A stretch of DNA of 64,000 bases from Euprymna scolopes (Eukaryota): the NCBI GenBank assembly GCA_053919585.1, contig CM132784.1, one strand, 5' to 3'. The notes below the pieces were generated by a model, which was not told the origin of the DNA, searched no databases, and saw nothing but the letters and a program-made list of their open reading frames with translations. The stretch's first letter is position 1. Every line of letters starts with the position of its first letter. A program made the translations under genes and the position numbers. Below are positions 23,940 to 37,545 of the stretch, one piece after another.

Positions 23940-26900
23940 TTAAAAAAAAATTACATTTTCACCCCAAACAAGGCACATTGCCACTTTGGTGTAGGGGGCT
24001 ACTATCAGATACAGCAACTACTGGGGCACTATGTTGGGATTTGGGCAGCAAGATGTCGGTTCACGTTACACTTGAACTTCTGCATGTCAGTACAGTTAGG
24101 GAAGCAGCGACCTGGAATGGAATTCCAGAGTCTAGCGGTTCTGGGGAAGAAACTACTGGAGTAGAAAGATCTTTTACATCTAGGGATCTATACTGTGTAG
24201 GGGTGGGATTTAGCTGCTTGTCGGGTTTGTCGAGGGTGTTTACGTCGTGGGGCACAAGTGATTGCAGTTCGTCAGAGAATTCACCATTAAAATACTTGTA
24301 GAACAGGCAGAGGGATTCAACGTTTCGTCGATGGGATAGAGACTGAAGCTTAGATGCCAGTTCAGGGCCTATCAGATTGGCGACTCTCTTTTGAACCTTG
24401 TCTAGGAGCGAGAGACTAGCAGCAGATGCACCAGCCCAAATGTGACAACACTACTCCATACATGGGCGAATGGTGGCCTTATAGAGATACAGGATATTTT
24501 CAGGTGTCAGTAGTTTTCTAGCACGGTAGAGAGAGCCTACCTTTTTCGCAGCGGCCCTTGCAATGTTTTCAATATAATTGTTCCAACTCATGTTTCCTGT
24601 GAACGTTAGGCCAAGCAGTTTGAAAGATTTACTCTCAGGCAGGGGGTCACTGGCCATTGCTATTGGTGGTAGAGAAGGTTTCTTGTAATTATTGAAGCAA
24701 ACCAGTTTAGTCTTGGCAGCAGTGAATGTGACCATCCATTTATGTCCCCATTCCACTACAGATTGAAGGTCATCCTCTAATGTTTTTGCCATTTCTTTAG
24801 AAATGTGTTCATTTGTTTTCCTGTCATGCCTGTTATAGAGCGTGGTGTCATCAGCATATATACCCAACTCAGAGACAGTTTTGTCGGGGAGGTCATTAAT
24901 AAATATTAGGAACAATAGAGGTCCAAGGATAGAACCCTGAAGCACTCCCACATTTATATCACACTGTTTAGATGTACGACCGTCGAGGGCTACCTGGATA
25001 TTTCTCTTATCTAAGAAGGATTTAATTATGTTAAGTTTCTACCAGTGATACCGTATGATTTAATTTTCCTGAGGAGACCCTCATGCCATACCCTGTTAAA
25101 GGCCTTAGATATATCTAGAGCTACCGCTCTGCCCTCCCCCGTTTTGTCCAGTGAATGGTATATACGTTCAGAGATTACAGTGAGGATGTCAGCTGTGGAA
25201 CGGGCTTGTCTAAATCCATATTGTTTGTCAGTCAGAAGTTTAGCATCTATAAGGTGCCGAACTAGAGCATGGTAAATTATGGTCTCAAATATTTTGGCGA
25301 AAAATGGGAGGAGGCTAATGGGGCGATAATTTGATGGGTCAGTTCTTTCGCCAGAATTCTTGAATATTGGTTCCACAGAAGCGGTTTTCCAACAGCCCGG
25401 AAAGCATGATTCATTAAGGCATTTGTTGTAGAGTTTGGAGAGAACTGGAGCTACTTCGGCTGGGCACTTTTTTAATAGCACAGCTGGGATGAGATCAGGT
25501 CCACATGCTTTTGAAGTGTCAAGGTTTTTTATGATAGCGTGTACCTGAGCAGGGGTGATTTTTAGATCGTCTAGCGTGGCGTCTGTCCGCAAAGGAAAGT
25601 CAGGCAGAGGGTGGTTGGAAGGGTCCAGTGTGGAGTTCGAGACAAACCGGCTGGCAAGCATATTAGCCTTGTCGGTTGCTGAGCAAACAACCTGGTGATT
25701 GTTGGTTAGTGGGGGAATTGTTGATTGCCCATTATTTACTACACTGTTGTAGATTTTCCAGAAGTCACGATTTCCTAATTTTTGTGCTTCGATGCGTTGT
25801 TTAGTGGTTTCAATAAATTCTCTCCTAACTGTCGCTATTTCTTTCTTAACGTTACTTCTAGCTTGTATATACTTCTGTTTGTTTGAACTGTACTAATGCC
25901 AGTTAAATCTGCTGTATGCATGCTGCCTTTGAGCAATGGCAGTTGCGCAAGTCGAAGTAAACCATTGGGGAGAGTGGGGTTTGCTATAAAATTTCCGCAT
26001 GGGAACGTGTGCTTCAATTGCTGTTTTGAACCATTCAGTGGTCTCATTTGCGCACTGTTCAGCAGGAAGAGATAAAATATTTCCCCATGGGGCATCTCTG
26101 GTAAGACTTCTGATGGCTTCCCAGTCTGCCTTTTTATAATATCTCGTTTTGAGCACTGGCTCTTCAGTTTTGGGTCTAGAATTTAGGGCGATTTCAACCA
26201 TTATCACTGCATGGTCAGCGTTCCCGAGTGGCCTGTCAGCAGTTGTTATACAATCCTCGGGAACTGTAGTCAGAAACAGATCTAGAAGTGATGCGTGTTG
26301 TTCTTGCTGGTCAGGGAAACCGGTTGGAAACGTAACAATTTGTGATAGGGAGTGAGATATAGCGAAACTATGTGTTGAGCTGCCCGCTGCATCTATGTGA
26401 GTAGAGAATCCAAGCCAATTTTTATGGTGAACATTAAAGTCACCAAATACATGTACTTGTGCGCTAGTGTCGATGGAGAGTGCTGTGTCTATGCTGTCAG
26501 AGACTTTGTTTATTATCGTGCAGTCCTGGGTCGAGGGAGAGCGGTAGGTTTGTTTCTCTAGTCAGGGGGAGGGTGTTACGAATGTAGACTCCAATTCGTG
26601 TATATGTCTGTCAGAGTCCTTACGGCAGAGTGGGAGATAGCCAGGCATGTTAAAGTAGCTAGAGGGGATGGAGGAGTGTAGGTTAGTCTCGCTTAGTGCT
26701 AAGATATCCAGGGTATTTGTTAGGAGAAATGCTTCAACATCAGCTAACTTCGTTCTAAGCTCACGGATGTTAGTGAATGCAAGCCTCAAGGGAGGAGGCA
26801 AGTTGAATTTGTTTGTCCTTAGGCCTGGATAAAGCTTATTTTTTATTGTACTGTCATCATGTTTTTAAAGAGTTTCAGTTAGGTAAGGGGGAGCTGAACA

Positions 26901-28650
26901 AAAGATTATGCAGGATATCAGACATGCAACACAAGTAGACCATTAGCTGACCTTTCTTCAACTAGGACTGTGGCCTCAGGAAAGCCTATCGGGGATGAGT
27001 GCAGGGCCCCTTTCCATGCGCGACATGGCACTACAAACATCCCGATATTATACAACTGTTGATGGAGCAGCCGCTCTTAGCGCTACCAAAGAGTTAGGGC
27101 TCATGTACTACCAGTCGGAAACAGCAGCCAGAAACTGTCAATCCAGTACCCTCAGCCCACTAGAAGAAGATCACCCCAATCTAATTGCACAGGCATTTGT
27201 GGTACTCAAGCACTCCCAAGTGCCCAGTTTTGAGGGGTGGGATTTGTCGGGAGTGGGTGAACGGCATTCATTGCCATAGACAAGAAACAAGATCTATCAC
27301 TAAGTGTTTTGTTGATTCACTTTTGATAGTGTCTCTGCGCCTGAGTAATAGGCAAAGAAGGAGTATGGAAGCCGGCGATAGACAGAGCCTATCTACTCCT
27401 TAGGTTTGCAGACCGTTAATTTGTTTGAGTCCCCAGCTCTAGGAAGGTCGTCATCCTAGACTGAAGTGGCCTCCCGCCTTTTGGTTTAGTTCCAGGGTTT
27501 TGCTTCTACTAGACGGGTGATCTGAGAAGGTCTACTGGATCCATCAGCCCTGAGAGGGTTTGCTCCGCGCCTGGATCCAAATCTAGGTATTTCTGCGACC
27601 CCGCATGGTTAGTTAATGTTACAGCGTTAGTTTGTAGAGTTTATATATAATGAATAGTTACACTCCTCAAAGTGATTTAAGGGCATGCAGTGTAAGCAGT
27701 TTTGTGGGGAGGCTTGTTAGAAAAGCGTTAGTGTGGATTAAGACTTTAACTTTTAGGTTTTTTATTTTTTTAAAACTTTATGTTAGTTTAGGTTCAGGAT
27801 AACGTTATAGTTTGAGTAGGTATTAGGAATTGAGCTAAGAATTTTGCCCAGTCACTGTATATTTATATTTACGAAGGTTTAGGTGCAGGGGCAGTACACT
27901 CAGGGTGTAACTGGAGGTACATTTTAAGACATGGCGTATTCCGTATGTATAATTAAGTAAATAGGTATTTGGGCAAGTTTTCAGTAGATGCAAATAGATA
28001 GAAGTTGTGTCAGTGTTTCTAGTATTGAGGGGAGATAGTTTCAGTTTTCATTTAAGAGTCATCGACCGTTTTGCATGACAGGGAGTATCGGATTTGGTTT
28101 AGTATTTTTCGTTGCAAAACCATCTACGAAGAGGCAGTTGTTATGTAATGAAGATCGCTTTGCATCCGAGTGCATACTTTTAGCTGGTAAATAGCAAACT
28201 GGATAGGAATGAACTCTAAAGCATGTCAGAGGTAGAAATGTATGGATGTATAGTGATGACTGTTAGGCGGTTAGCATGTGAAAGTTAGGAGCTTGAGGCT
28301 AAGGATTCCACTACTAAGGCGTATGTATAATGTAGGGTTTTAGTGGCAGCTAGAGAGGGGGGCAGATTGTTAGCTTTCAATGGTTGGGGTTATTAATTTA
28401 CAGAATGCAGTAAAGTTTCATTTGGATTTAGAGTTTACAGTATTGTTTTAGCTTGGGAGAAAGGAATAAAAGCTTCCCTTCTTTTCCACTATTTTGCATA
28501 GTGACGCAGCTAATATCACTGTAGATTTCAGTTACAATTATAGTAACAGTTAATTACAAGCTATATCCAGAGGTTTGGTAAAGATATCAACGAAGCCTCT
28601 TTATTAATACAAGCGAGCATAGGGTAATTGTAGATATTAAGTATATTGCT
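23940..28650 (-). mobile_element. Near full-length CR1/Zenon-type LINE (family B) with long 5' leader
   Basis: Decayed APE-RT ORF2 at ~26860->24029. Stem-forming 3' end and A/T tail at ~23940-24000. Upstream are a GC-rich leader (26870-27610) and a strand-skewed region to ~28650. The 5' boundary is approximate. Confidence 0.85.
24029..26860 (-). pseudogene. LINE ORF2 (AP endonuclease + reverse transcriptase), disrupted
   Basis: APE motifs FTNIRELR, DILALSET, GDFNVHH, LDLFLT and ADHAVI. RT motifs KACGPDLIP, NYRPISLL, QYGFR, LDISKAFNRVWH, GVLQGSILGP, YADDTT and IRPCME*CCHIW. Several stops and frameshifts. Confidence 0.93.
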
Positions 28651-29619
28651 TAAATAAAGTTCTTCTAACTTTTACGGTAGAAAAATAAATCCACGTTTGT
28701 GCTAATTTCGGAAAATTTATCCTGCCTAATGCTATTTTAACTCTAGCCTTAGTACAGGGCGTGGCATAATTTAAGCTGGAAGAGAAACGTGGTTGAGTTT
28801 TGCTTGGGGGGTGAATTTAAAAATCTAACCAGAGAAAACAAGACAAATGCATATATAAATTAAAATACACATAATTACAAAATCAAATAATAAATTTAAA
28901 AGAGAAGAAATAACAAAGTTAGTATTTTTTATGACTGGCATGATTTTGGATAATACATAACTTGCTTGCGCCACGCTCGACAGCACTTACAGTATCACGG
29001 CTAACCAAATTTGGAGGAGGGGAGTGATTTCTTGGACCGGATATTGTGTGTGTGTTCTATTTTTATCTTCCGAGTTCTACGCACATGCGTGTATATGTTA
29101 ATTTTACTTTTTTTTTGTTCTTCTAGCTTCGAAGGTAGATAAAATAAATCCATGTTTGTGCTAATTTCGGAATATTTATCCTGCCATCCGTCACACTCAC
29201 CAATTAAAACACACCCTAAAACATGTTTCAATAAATTATACATACATTTCATCCATGTTTTAAAATTATTACATTTATGCCGAACAAACTTTTTTCTTCG
29301 CTGCACTCTCCTCTCTCTCTCTTTCACATACGCGATGGTCTTTTCTATAAATACTATTATCGCGTGTATTCTTCGAAATTATCTGATCCGTTCCATCTTG
29401 TTTGACACGTTCGTCTCATGGTTTCCATCAATCCGTTGCTTTGATATTGGTATANNNNNNNNNNNNNNNNNNNNNNNNNNNNNNNNNNNNNNNNNNNNNN
29501 NNNNNNNNNNNNNNNNNNNNNNNNNNNNNNNNNNNNNNNNNNNNNNNNNNNNNNNNNNNNNNNNNNNNNNNNNNNNNNNNNNNNNNNNNNNNNNNNNNNN
29601 NNNNNNNNNTTATTAATAA

Positions 29620-30830
29620 TACTACGTAGGTAAATACAATACTTGTTACTACTACTATGTCGATGAATATAACACTTAATACTACTATATGGGTGATTAT
29701 AATATTTAATACTACTATATGGGTGATTATAATACTTAATACTACTATATGGGTGATTATAATACTTAATACTACTATATGGGTGATTAAATACTTAATA
29801 CTACTATATGGGTGATTAAATACTTAATACTACTATATGCGTGATTGTAATATTTAATACTAGCGGGGGTACCCGGCGTTGCCCGAGTGTTTGTTTCCGG
29901 GATGGGGGGGTTTAAAAAATGTTATGGTAGGTAAGTAGGAAGGATTAAACCCGGAGTCATGAGTAAAAGTAGGAAAATAAAGTGTGAAAAAAAAAAACCA
30001 TCTGCAACGTTAACAGTTCGGCCACCAAGAAAAGTCCATTCCAGTTGTTTAGGAAAAAAAAATAATAAAAAAAAACGACTACGGTAGGTCGGCGCGAACG
30101 TGAAAATATAATGTGAATTGGCCAGCACGCTAACCACTACGCCACAGAGCACTGCAGCTTAGTTTAGTGATTTTAAATAACTTCACATGAAAGAACTACG
30201 AAGCCAAACCGGTGTTCTCTTCTCAAATGTTCCTTGTGAACGATCCCCAAACGGTGTTAAGTGGTGGCAGGGGGAGGAGGAATTTATTAGAGAGAAAATA
30301 TTTTACCACTTCCATTGATCTTAACCGATTTTGGCCGTGACTTCTCAGCAGAAAAAGTATACAAATCTAAGATTATCGAGGAATTTGAGAAATAATAAGC
30401 CTATAACACACCTCAGATATTGTTCTGCCGTTTGTGCATATTATATTTGCATGAAATATCTCGATTTTTAATCCTATTAAGGTCAAAATCCGACGGGAAA
30501 AATTAGTTCATTTTATTTATATAGAGAAGAAGAAGAGAAGAAGAGAAGAAGATAGATAGAGAAGAGAAGAAGAAGAAGAAGAAAAGAGAAGAAGACTACT
30601 ATACGGGTGGTTATAATATTTAATTCTACTATATGGGTAATTATAATATTTAATTCTACTATATGGGTGATTAAATACTTAATACTACTATATGGGTGAT
30701 TATAATATTTAATACTACTATATGGGTGAATATAATACTATACTTATTACTACTACGATATAGGTAAATACAATACTTATTATTGCTACTACATAGGTGA
30801 ATATAATACTTAATACTATTACTATACAAG
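29620..30830. repeat. 29-30 bp minisatellite (aatactactatatgggtgattataatactt) split by a Helitron-like insertion
   Basis: Units at 29620-29859 and 30596-30830. Confidence 0.9.
29860..30525 (-). mobile_element. Non-autonomous Helitron-like element (family H2) containing a tRNA-like segment
   Basis: CTAG at 29860-29863 with a cccggcgttgcccgag hairpin-type end. Minus-strand start tctatataaataaaatg. tRNA-like tggcgtagtggttagcgtg..gttcgcgcc at ~30080-30150. Confidence 0.7.
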
Positions 30831-31065
30831 TCAATAAGGATCTTTTATTTCTGTGGTAACAATTTTTCTTTCTTGTTAGATTTTTACATAAAGTGTTTTT
30901 ACATTTTGTCTGGAGTGATTTTCATGAAAAAAAAAAACAAAAACAAAACCAAAACAAAAACAAAAAACCCCCCGAAGAATTAATTTAATTGATCTTAATT
31001 TTTCATGGCTTTCATTCCAAGTCGTATTATAGAAAAGACCATCGCGTATGTGAAAGAGAGAGAGA

Positions 31066-31106
<41 letters not shown>

Positions 31107-31299
31107 GTGGATGCAGCGAAGAAAAAAGTTTGTTCGGAATAAATGTAATAATATTAATCGTCGAGTATTATATTATAAAACTAATTAATTTATTTTAGGG
31201 ACTGATGGTTTAATCTCGTTTGCATTATAATTGTCATAATGACATCATAATTGCCATAATAATTTAGTTTTGACAGTGGAACGAATCACTCTAACTCTG

Positions 31300-31860
31300 T
31301 CATGTTATATCGCCCTATTATGCATCGCACTTGCTTTATATGTTTTCTTCTAGTTTCATGATGTAGATGCTGTTTAGTCACCCAAGTAGGTCACATCTTT
31401 GTTTTGGTATCCAAAATACAACATCTCTGATGATGTTTCCCTGTGCCCCCAGCAGTGTCCAGCAAATCTGATTCTTCTCTCTCTCTCTCCCCCTTTCTCT
31501 CTCTCTTTATCTATTTTTCTACTATCTATCTGTCTATCTATCTATCTCTTCTCACATTCTCTCTGCTAAATCTCCCTTTTTTACATTCTTTTTGCTAAAT
31601 GCTGTTGTTTAAAGATGAGAGCTCTTATCCACTGGCTTTCCATGTAGAACATCCACTAGATATAGAAATCAGCCGTAAATACATTAATCATGCACAAAAG
31701 CACGGTCTTCCCGCTGGCAAGTTATCACACCCAGAAGCGACCCTACTACAGTTAAGCCAAGGGAATCAGCTTGGTGGATATGTGCACAAACAAAATGAAT
31801 TCGTCAGTTACAGTCAATGATGGACCATTCTAATTCAACAAATATCTAACGTGTTGTCTA
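31300..31860 (-). mobile_element. Highly decayed RTE-clade LINE fragment interrupted by (CT)n
   Basis: Reverse-complement frames give RIRFAGHCWG, RDVVFWIPK and a degenerate ISW motif, typical of RTE C-terminal regions. Confidence 0.55.
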
Positions 31861-32501
31861 TAGGAGCGGCATCCCTAGATAAAATTCAGTCACCCAAAAA
31901 TCTATTTGTATTAATAAAAGTTAAATTTTAGTGAGAAAGATTTGGACATATTTGCCATTCCAAAGTCGACATCAATAATTCAAATATTCTGTAATAGAAA
32001 GTGTCCATTATATGCTACGCATATGACTACAAGTCGTCCTTTGCCTTGTGAAATATGAGTATATGAATTTGTGTTGACATCCGACGAGATGACATGTTCC
32101 CCGTGTGGGTTGAACCTCCAGCGAAGCGAGGAAGGTGAAGCAGCGGGTGATGAAGATGAGAGACAGCGTATTAGATTGTCTTGTTAGCTCTAGGAGAAAA
32201 CTGTGATGCAATAAATGGTGTTGGCGCAATTAGAAAAAGAAAAGGAATGAAAAAAAAGCATGTGAGAAGCGATTACGAATTTATGTGGAAAAGAAGGAAA
32301 ATATAGAAGGGGAAACACGGGAAAATCAAAAATAAAAGAAAGAACGAAACTGAAAAATGATGTTGGAAATTTAAACAAAAGAGCTTATTAAAAAATATTA
32401 CGGCATCAAAAATTGATGGCCAAGCGATATAATCATACGCAAAGAAAATTTAATCCCCGTTAACCTCCTGGGATCTTTCTATCGCGTAAGCTGAAATGCA
32501 A

Positions 32502-32532
<31 letters not shown>

Positions 32533-32699
32533 AATTAGAAATAATAAAATGAATAAAATAAAAATCAATATTGTATGAAACGTGAAATGCAAAATACATT
32601 ATATGGCCTTCTAGCTAAGATTATAAAAAATAGAACTATTTTCATGGAAATCGCTATGGACAATGCGTGAAGCAACTGTATGTAAGAAGCTAATAAAAA

Positions 32700-33005
32700 T
32701 GAACGATTAATATTATAAAGACACATTAAACCTAATGTATCTTGCTGTTCAAAAAAGGTAGAAGTAAGAAGAGACTCAGAAAGCAGGAATATAATTCCAC
32801 AGCTTGCAGTTCCTAGAAAGAGGCTACTGGACTAGTTAACTGCATTTGAATGATAAATCAAAACATCTAATTCATGAAGACTACTAAATTAATCAGTCAA
32901 ACGAGCATAAACAAAGGAAGCAGGGCAATATAAGACAATTATGAAAAAAAAAGACATGAGATAATAGTGCTTATAGAAGATATCGAGGCTAAAACATCAC
33001 GGCTG
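32700..33005 (-). mobile_element. Decayed 3' end of a CR1-type LINE
   Basis: Reverse-complement remnants RDV..SLDIFYKHYY, LFLGT and LWNYIPA. Confidence 0.5.
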
Positions 33006-33018
33006 TTAAATAAAGGTT

Positions 33019-33165
33019 GCATCATCATCATCATCATCATCATCATCATGCCGGGATCAATGTGACTGCAGAGTTTCCTGTCTTCTATCAACTGCCTCAG
33101 ATCTTCCGGTTCACAGTTGGCGTCGTGTACTATTTGCTGGATATACGTGGATCTAGGTCGTCCTT
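33019..33165 (-). mobile_element. 3' terminus of an RTE-clade LINE with (GAT)n tail
   Basis: The reverse complement encodes GRPRSTYIQQIVHDANCEPEDLRQLIEDRK followed by (GAT)n. Confidence 0.7.
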
Positions 33166-33819
33166 TTTACCGATTGCAGTTAAGAATAAAGGTTGGGACC
33201 AATTAAATTATAGATTTGTGCATCTATCAACAAACATCAAATAGGATAGAAATTCACAGCACAAAAATGACAACACGCTCCATACAAGATTAAAGTGTAG
33301 GCACGGTTCTATCCAAAGATTGTGCAAAAATATAGTGGAGTTTTCGTTCGCACCAGGCCTGCATATGATGCAAAAATGACACAAAAGCATACAAGGGTTT
33401 TGAAGATAGACCTCAATAACGAGATCCATTCTAAAACTCATGAACTACTTAGATAAGCATATGTCAGTTTTAACAAAGATTGGACTATATCGTTAGGTTT
33501 GCGTTAACTCCAGACATACAAAGGAATTAAATATGTCACCAACATCTACAAGCCGCTAATAATCATTACATTCTGATATATTCTGAAACTATGAGTCAGC
33601 GTGATATTTTACGAGACCAGCTAGAACTTAGTACTTGTAGGCCATAATAATGCTTTGAGATTTTGAGATTTTAATTCCAAATGATATAATGAAAATATCA
33701 AATTGATATTGTTAATGATTATGTAATTTCTGTTAATTTCAACAATAATTACATTCAGTATGAACAACCTCCCACTAAGAGATTTGTGTCCAAAATTATG
33801 GCCCCTATATTTTCGGATG

Positions 33820-33869
<50 letters not shown>

Positions 33870-33878
<9 letters not shown>

Positions 33879-34490
33879 ATATATATATATATATACGGTC
33901 AATTTTTGGTCTAAACATTTGAAATTTTACATAAAGGGTATTCGAAAAGGGAAAAATTTTAATCGATTTTGGCGTAAAATTTGGCTGTCAAGGGGTCAAA
34001 GTATAAACATTTGACCGTTTCAGTTGCAGTTTCTAGCAAACTACTCAGCCAAATTTGGGTCTAAACATGTGACATTTGACATAAAGGGTATTCAGACTTT
34101 CAGCAAGCTTTTTAATAAGTTTTTTGGGCGAAAATTTGGCTGCTACGAGGCCAAAGTTGGAAGAGTTGACATTTGAAGACTCTACCAAACTTCTCTCCTA
34201 ATTCGGGTCCTAAATACTTATATATTTAGATGTAGGTTACTTAGATATGGGTGAAACCTTTTAATTTGATTTGAGTCCAAAACAATAAATGTTAAGGGGT
34301 CAGAATTCGGGTCAAATTTTAAAGAAATTTGTTTCTTTGGTCTTTACCAACTCTTCTCTATGGTAGTAAAGGAAACCTATTATATAGAAAGGCATTACCG
34401 TACATATTCACACTTTTTAATATATACATATTCATATAAAGTTACGGACAGTACATAGGGCCCGAGCAAAGCCGGGCTGAACTTCCAGTA
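33870..34490 (+). mobile_element. Helitron-like element related to family H3
   Basis: Homologous, in inverted orientation, to 43640-44040 and 58540-58960. 3' hairpin gcccgagcaaagccgggc followed by ccag. Confidence 0.6.
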
Positions 34491-35299
34491 TATATGGAAA
34501 TGCATATGCACATTTTTCGTTGTTTTCATTTATTTATTATTTTTTCTAATAGAATACCTAGCGAAACATGTGTCCGATGATAACTGTTGTTAATGGTGAT
34601 ATTTAGAGTCAGGAAGAAATTTGCAATCATTCATTAAAGAGAGAAACATTTTAGTGAGGCATTTCTTACCTACTTTTTAAAATTAAAATGCTTTCTGTAA
34701 GAAATCGAATATTTCCTGCAATGTATACCCCCTATCGTTGCAATATTGCATCGTTGTGATTCCACTTCAACTTGTAAATAATATTAATTCCTAAATTAAT
34801 ATATCTAACCCTAGTATTTAGTCACGTATTCGAAAGAACTGAAAGATTATACAAGCGAACCAATAATATGCAAGTTGGCTATTCNNNNNNNNNNNNNNNN
34901 NNNNNNNNNNNNNNNNNNNNNNNNNNNNNNNNNNNNNNNNNNNNNNNNNNNNNNNNNNNNNNNNNNNNNNNNNNNNNNNNNNNNNNNNNNNNNNNNNNNN
35001 NNNNNNNNNNNNNNNNNNNNNNNNNNNNNNNNNNNNNNNNNNNNNNNNNNNNNNNNNNNNNNNNNNNNNNNNNNNNNNNGATTTGTGGCATCAAAGAAGA
35101 AATATGTATAAACAATGTCCGCCTAACCCATTAAGTATATTGGAATTCTTTACAATGCGATATACTTTGAAATCCGATTCTTCAACTTTACGAATTCTGT
35201 CTCATTCTCCAATTTCTTGTAGTCACTCGACAACCAAACAAATAACACGATTGAATAAATAAAATAAAGCATTTCACTACCACAATCAGAGAATTCATC

Positions 35300-35354
<55 letters not shown>

Positions 35355-36884
35355 ATACGAAAAGGATGTTTGTTCTTTACTGAACTAACAATAGCCGGTA
35401 GAATTCAAACTTTCTAATACGTTTATGGCATAGACTGAGTGATTTTTTTTTTCAAACGGCGCGGAATCGTTAGAATTCAGAAAATGTAGTGCAGTATTAC
35501 GTGAAAAGAATGTTTTTTATTATTTTTCTATCATTAACTGCAGGTGCCCGGCTTTTGGGGACAATAGGTCAATAAATATTATTAAATTGTACTGTTATGA
35601 CTTGCGATTCTATTGATAACACTGATTTATTTTGCGTAGTAATGACAATAGTAATGTAGTACTGTAACAAAAAAGACTGTGTAGCATCCACTATATACGG
35701 TCGGAACAAATCTGCGGCGGGGACATTTTAAAGCAATAACCGTTTTCAACACGCGCGCGTTCGAAGTATGCGTAAAGACACAACGTCGTAATTTGGCCAT
35801 TCTCATATATAAGATTAAAGCAACTACGTTACGCTTCACGCGTAGCAATACAAGAAATAGTCCTGAACATTCTGGAACATGCGTATATAAGCTTTTGCCC
35901 GCTAAAATCAAGCCAGTTTCTTTTCAGATTTCTACAGCTCAACATGTAGCTAAGAGATTCCATCGATGCTAGACGTTAAATTACATAACGGGACTTCCTG
36001 CACGTTATGATCCTTAAATTCTCAATATGGAAAAATTCTCTTATCTAACGAAATTTATTCTTCTTGATGACCCTCTTATCACAAATTGCTATTTTCATAC
36101 GTATTGACCTCCCCCCCCCAGATTCTACACTGGTAACGCCGACGTTTTATTTTGCAATATATCTTTCTTCTACATTAGTTGCCTTACTAAGTATTTCTTA
36201 CTATTTAACAAATAGAAATCAATAAGGTGAGTAGAAAGTGGATATTGGGTTTACTTTTGGCAGCCGCGTAACATTCGCTTCTCTTATTTTGTCCCTCAGT
36301 CACCACAGTTCATGGATGATATTTTTAACAAAACGGGGGAAGAATTACTATTTTCTGGGTCAGAGTCTATTCCATCCTTTACTTATCATTGGCAAGTTTA
36401 TTTTTATCTTGAAGTAGTAGTTTTTAACTCTTTACATCAAATGGCTTCATGCCTTTCCTTAAGCGTTTTTTTTATATAAAAGAACTGAAGAATAGTAAAT
36501 AATTATCATTAAGAATGTTTAGTGGTGACTGTGGTCAAGTAGATACCACTGACTGAAAATTTAGGTGTCACAATTTCGAATCCAGTTCGTTCCACAAAAA
36601 TCACTTTCACTTTTGATGTTAACAACCTTCACGTGGTCCCTCCCCTAATCCCCGATGTCTTTCTTGTAATAATTATGCCTAGAAAATATCGGGGAAAACA
36701 ATGTCAATAATATAATCCTCGGATTCATACGATATGATTATGATGTTTAAGAATATTACTGCCGACCCCTCCTTGTAGAAAACTTCCCATTTGAGGGTAA
36801 AGAAATTAAGGTTTTTTATCAATTTTTCGATATTTGTCGTCCGAGAAATCGTGCTTCAAAATGATATGGATCTCGTGAAAATCT

Positions 36885-37135
36885 GTCGCCTCGTTTCATC
36901 TGAATGGGTTCATAAATAAGCAAAATTGCAGAATTTGGGGATCAGAAAATCCCCATGCATGAGCACAATGGCAATTACACTCTAAAAAATGTACAGCATG
37001 GTGTTGAGTAACGGTGGATGAAGTAATCGGACCTTTCTTCTTTGAAAATGAAGAAGGAGATAATGTAATAGTGACAGGAGCTCGATGTTTGAAGAATTTG
37101 TTTGACCTTGGGTACACAATAAATGCCCTTAAAAT

Positions 37136-37211
<76 letters not shown>

Positions 37212-37464
37212 GCCATAAGCCCTGAAACAGTATGTGATGTGCTGGACAATGCCCTGCAGAAGGAATAAGAGTGTGAAAATGAATGGTGGACATTTGAGTA
37301 ACATCATTTTTCATAACTAAAAAAAACATACCCTAGATTAAGTTGCGTAAATAAAGTTAGAATAAGTAGACTATGATATCTTACTATACCACAAAAAAAA
37401 TCACGGAGAGGCTCATCTACCTACATATGAAAATTGGTAAGCATAAGTTAAATCTTGAGGAAGT

Positions 37465-37466
<2 letters not shown>
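36885..37466 (+). mobile_element. Second fragment of the DD41D (rosa-type) transposon family
   Basis: FHLNGFINKQNCRIWGSENPH, LHSKKCTAWC and VIGPFFFENEEGDNVIVTG. The 3' ~330 bp closely match 1587-1890. A (TA)n expansion lies inside at ~37139-37207. Confidence 0.85.

Positions 37467-37545
<79 letters not shown>

Noticed and set aside
26995-27403. Plus-strand ORFs of 94 and 72 aa
   Set aside because: They are antisense to the LINE leader with no recognisable domain, and are expected by chance in GC-richer sequence.
31599-31820. 73-aa plus-strand ORF as a host gene
   Set aside because: It lies antisense to a decayed RTE fragment.
33017-33244. ORF starting MHHHHHHHHHH (His-tag-like or vector contamination)
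   Set aside because: It is the antisense of the (GAT)n tail of an RTE LINE 3' end.
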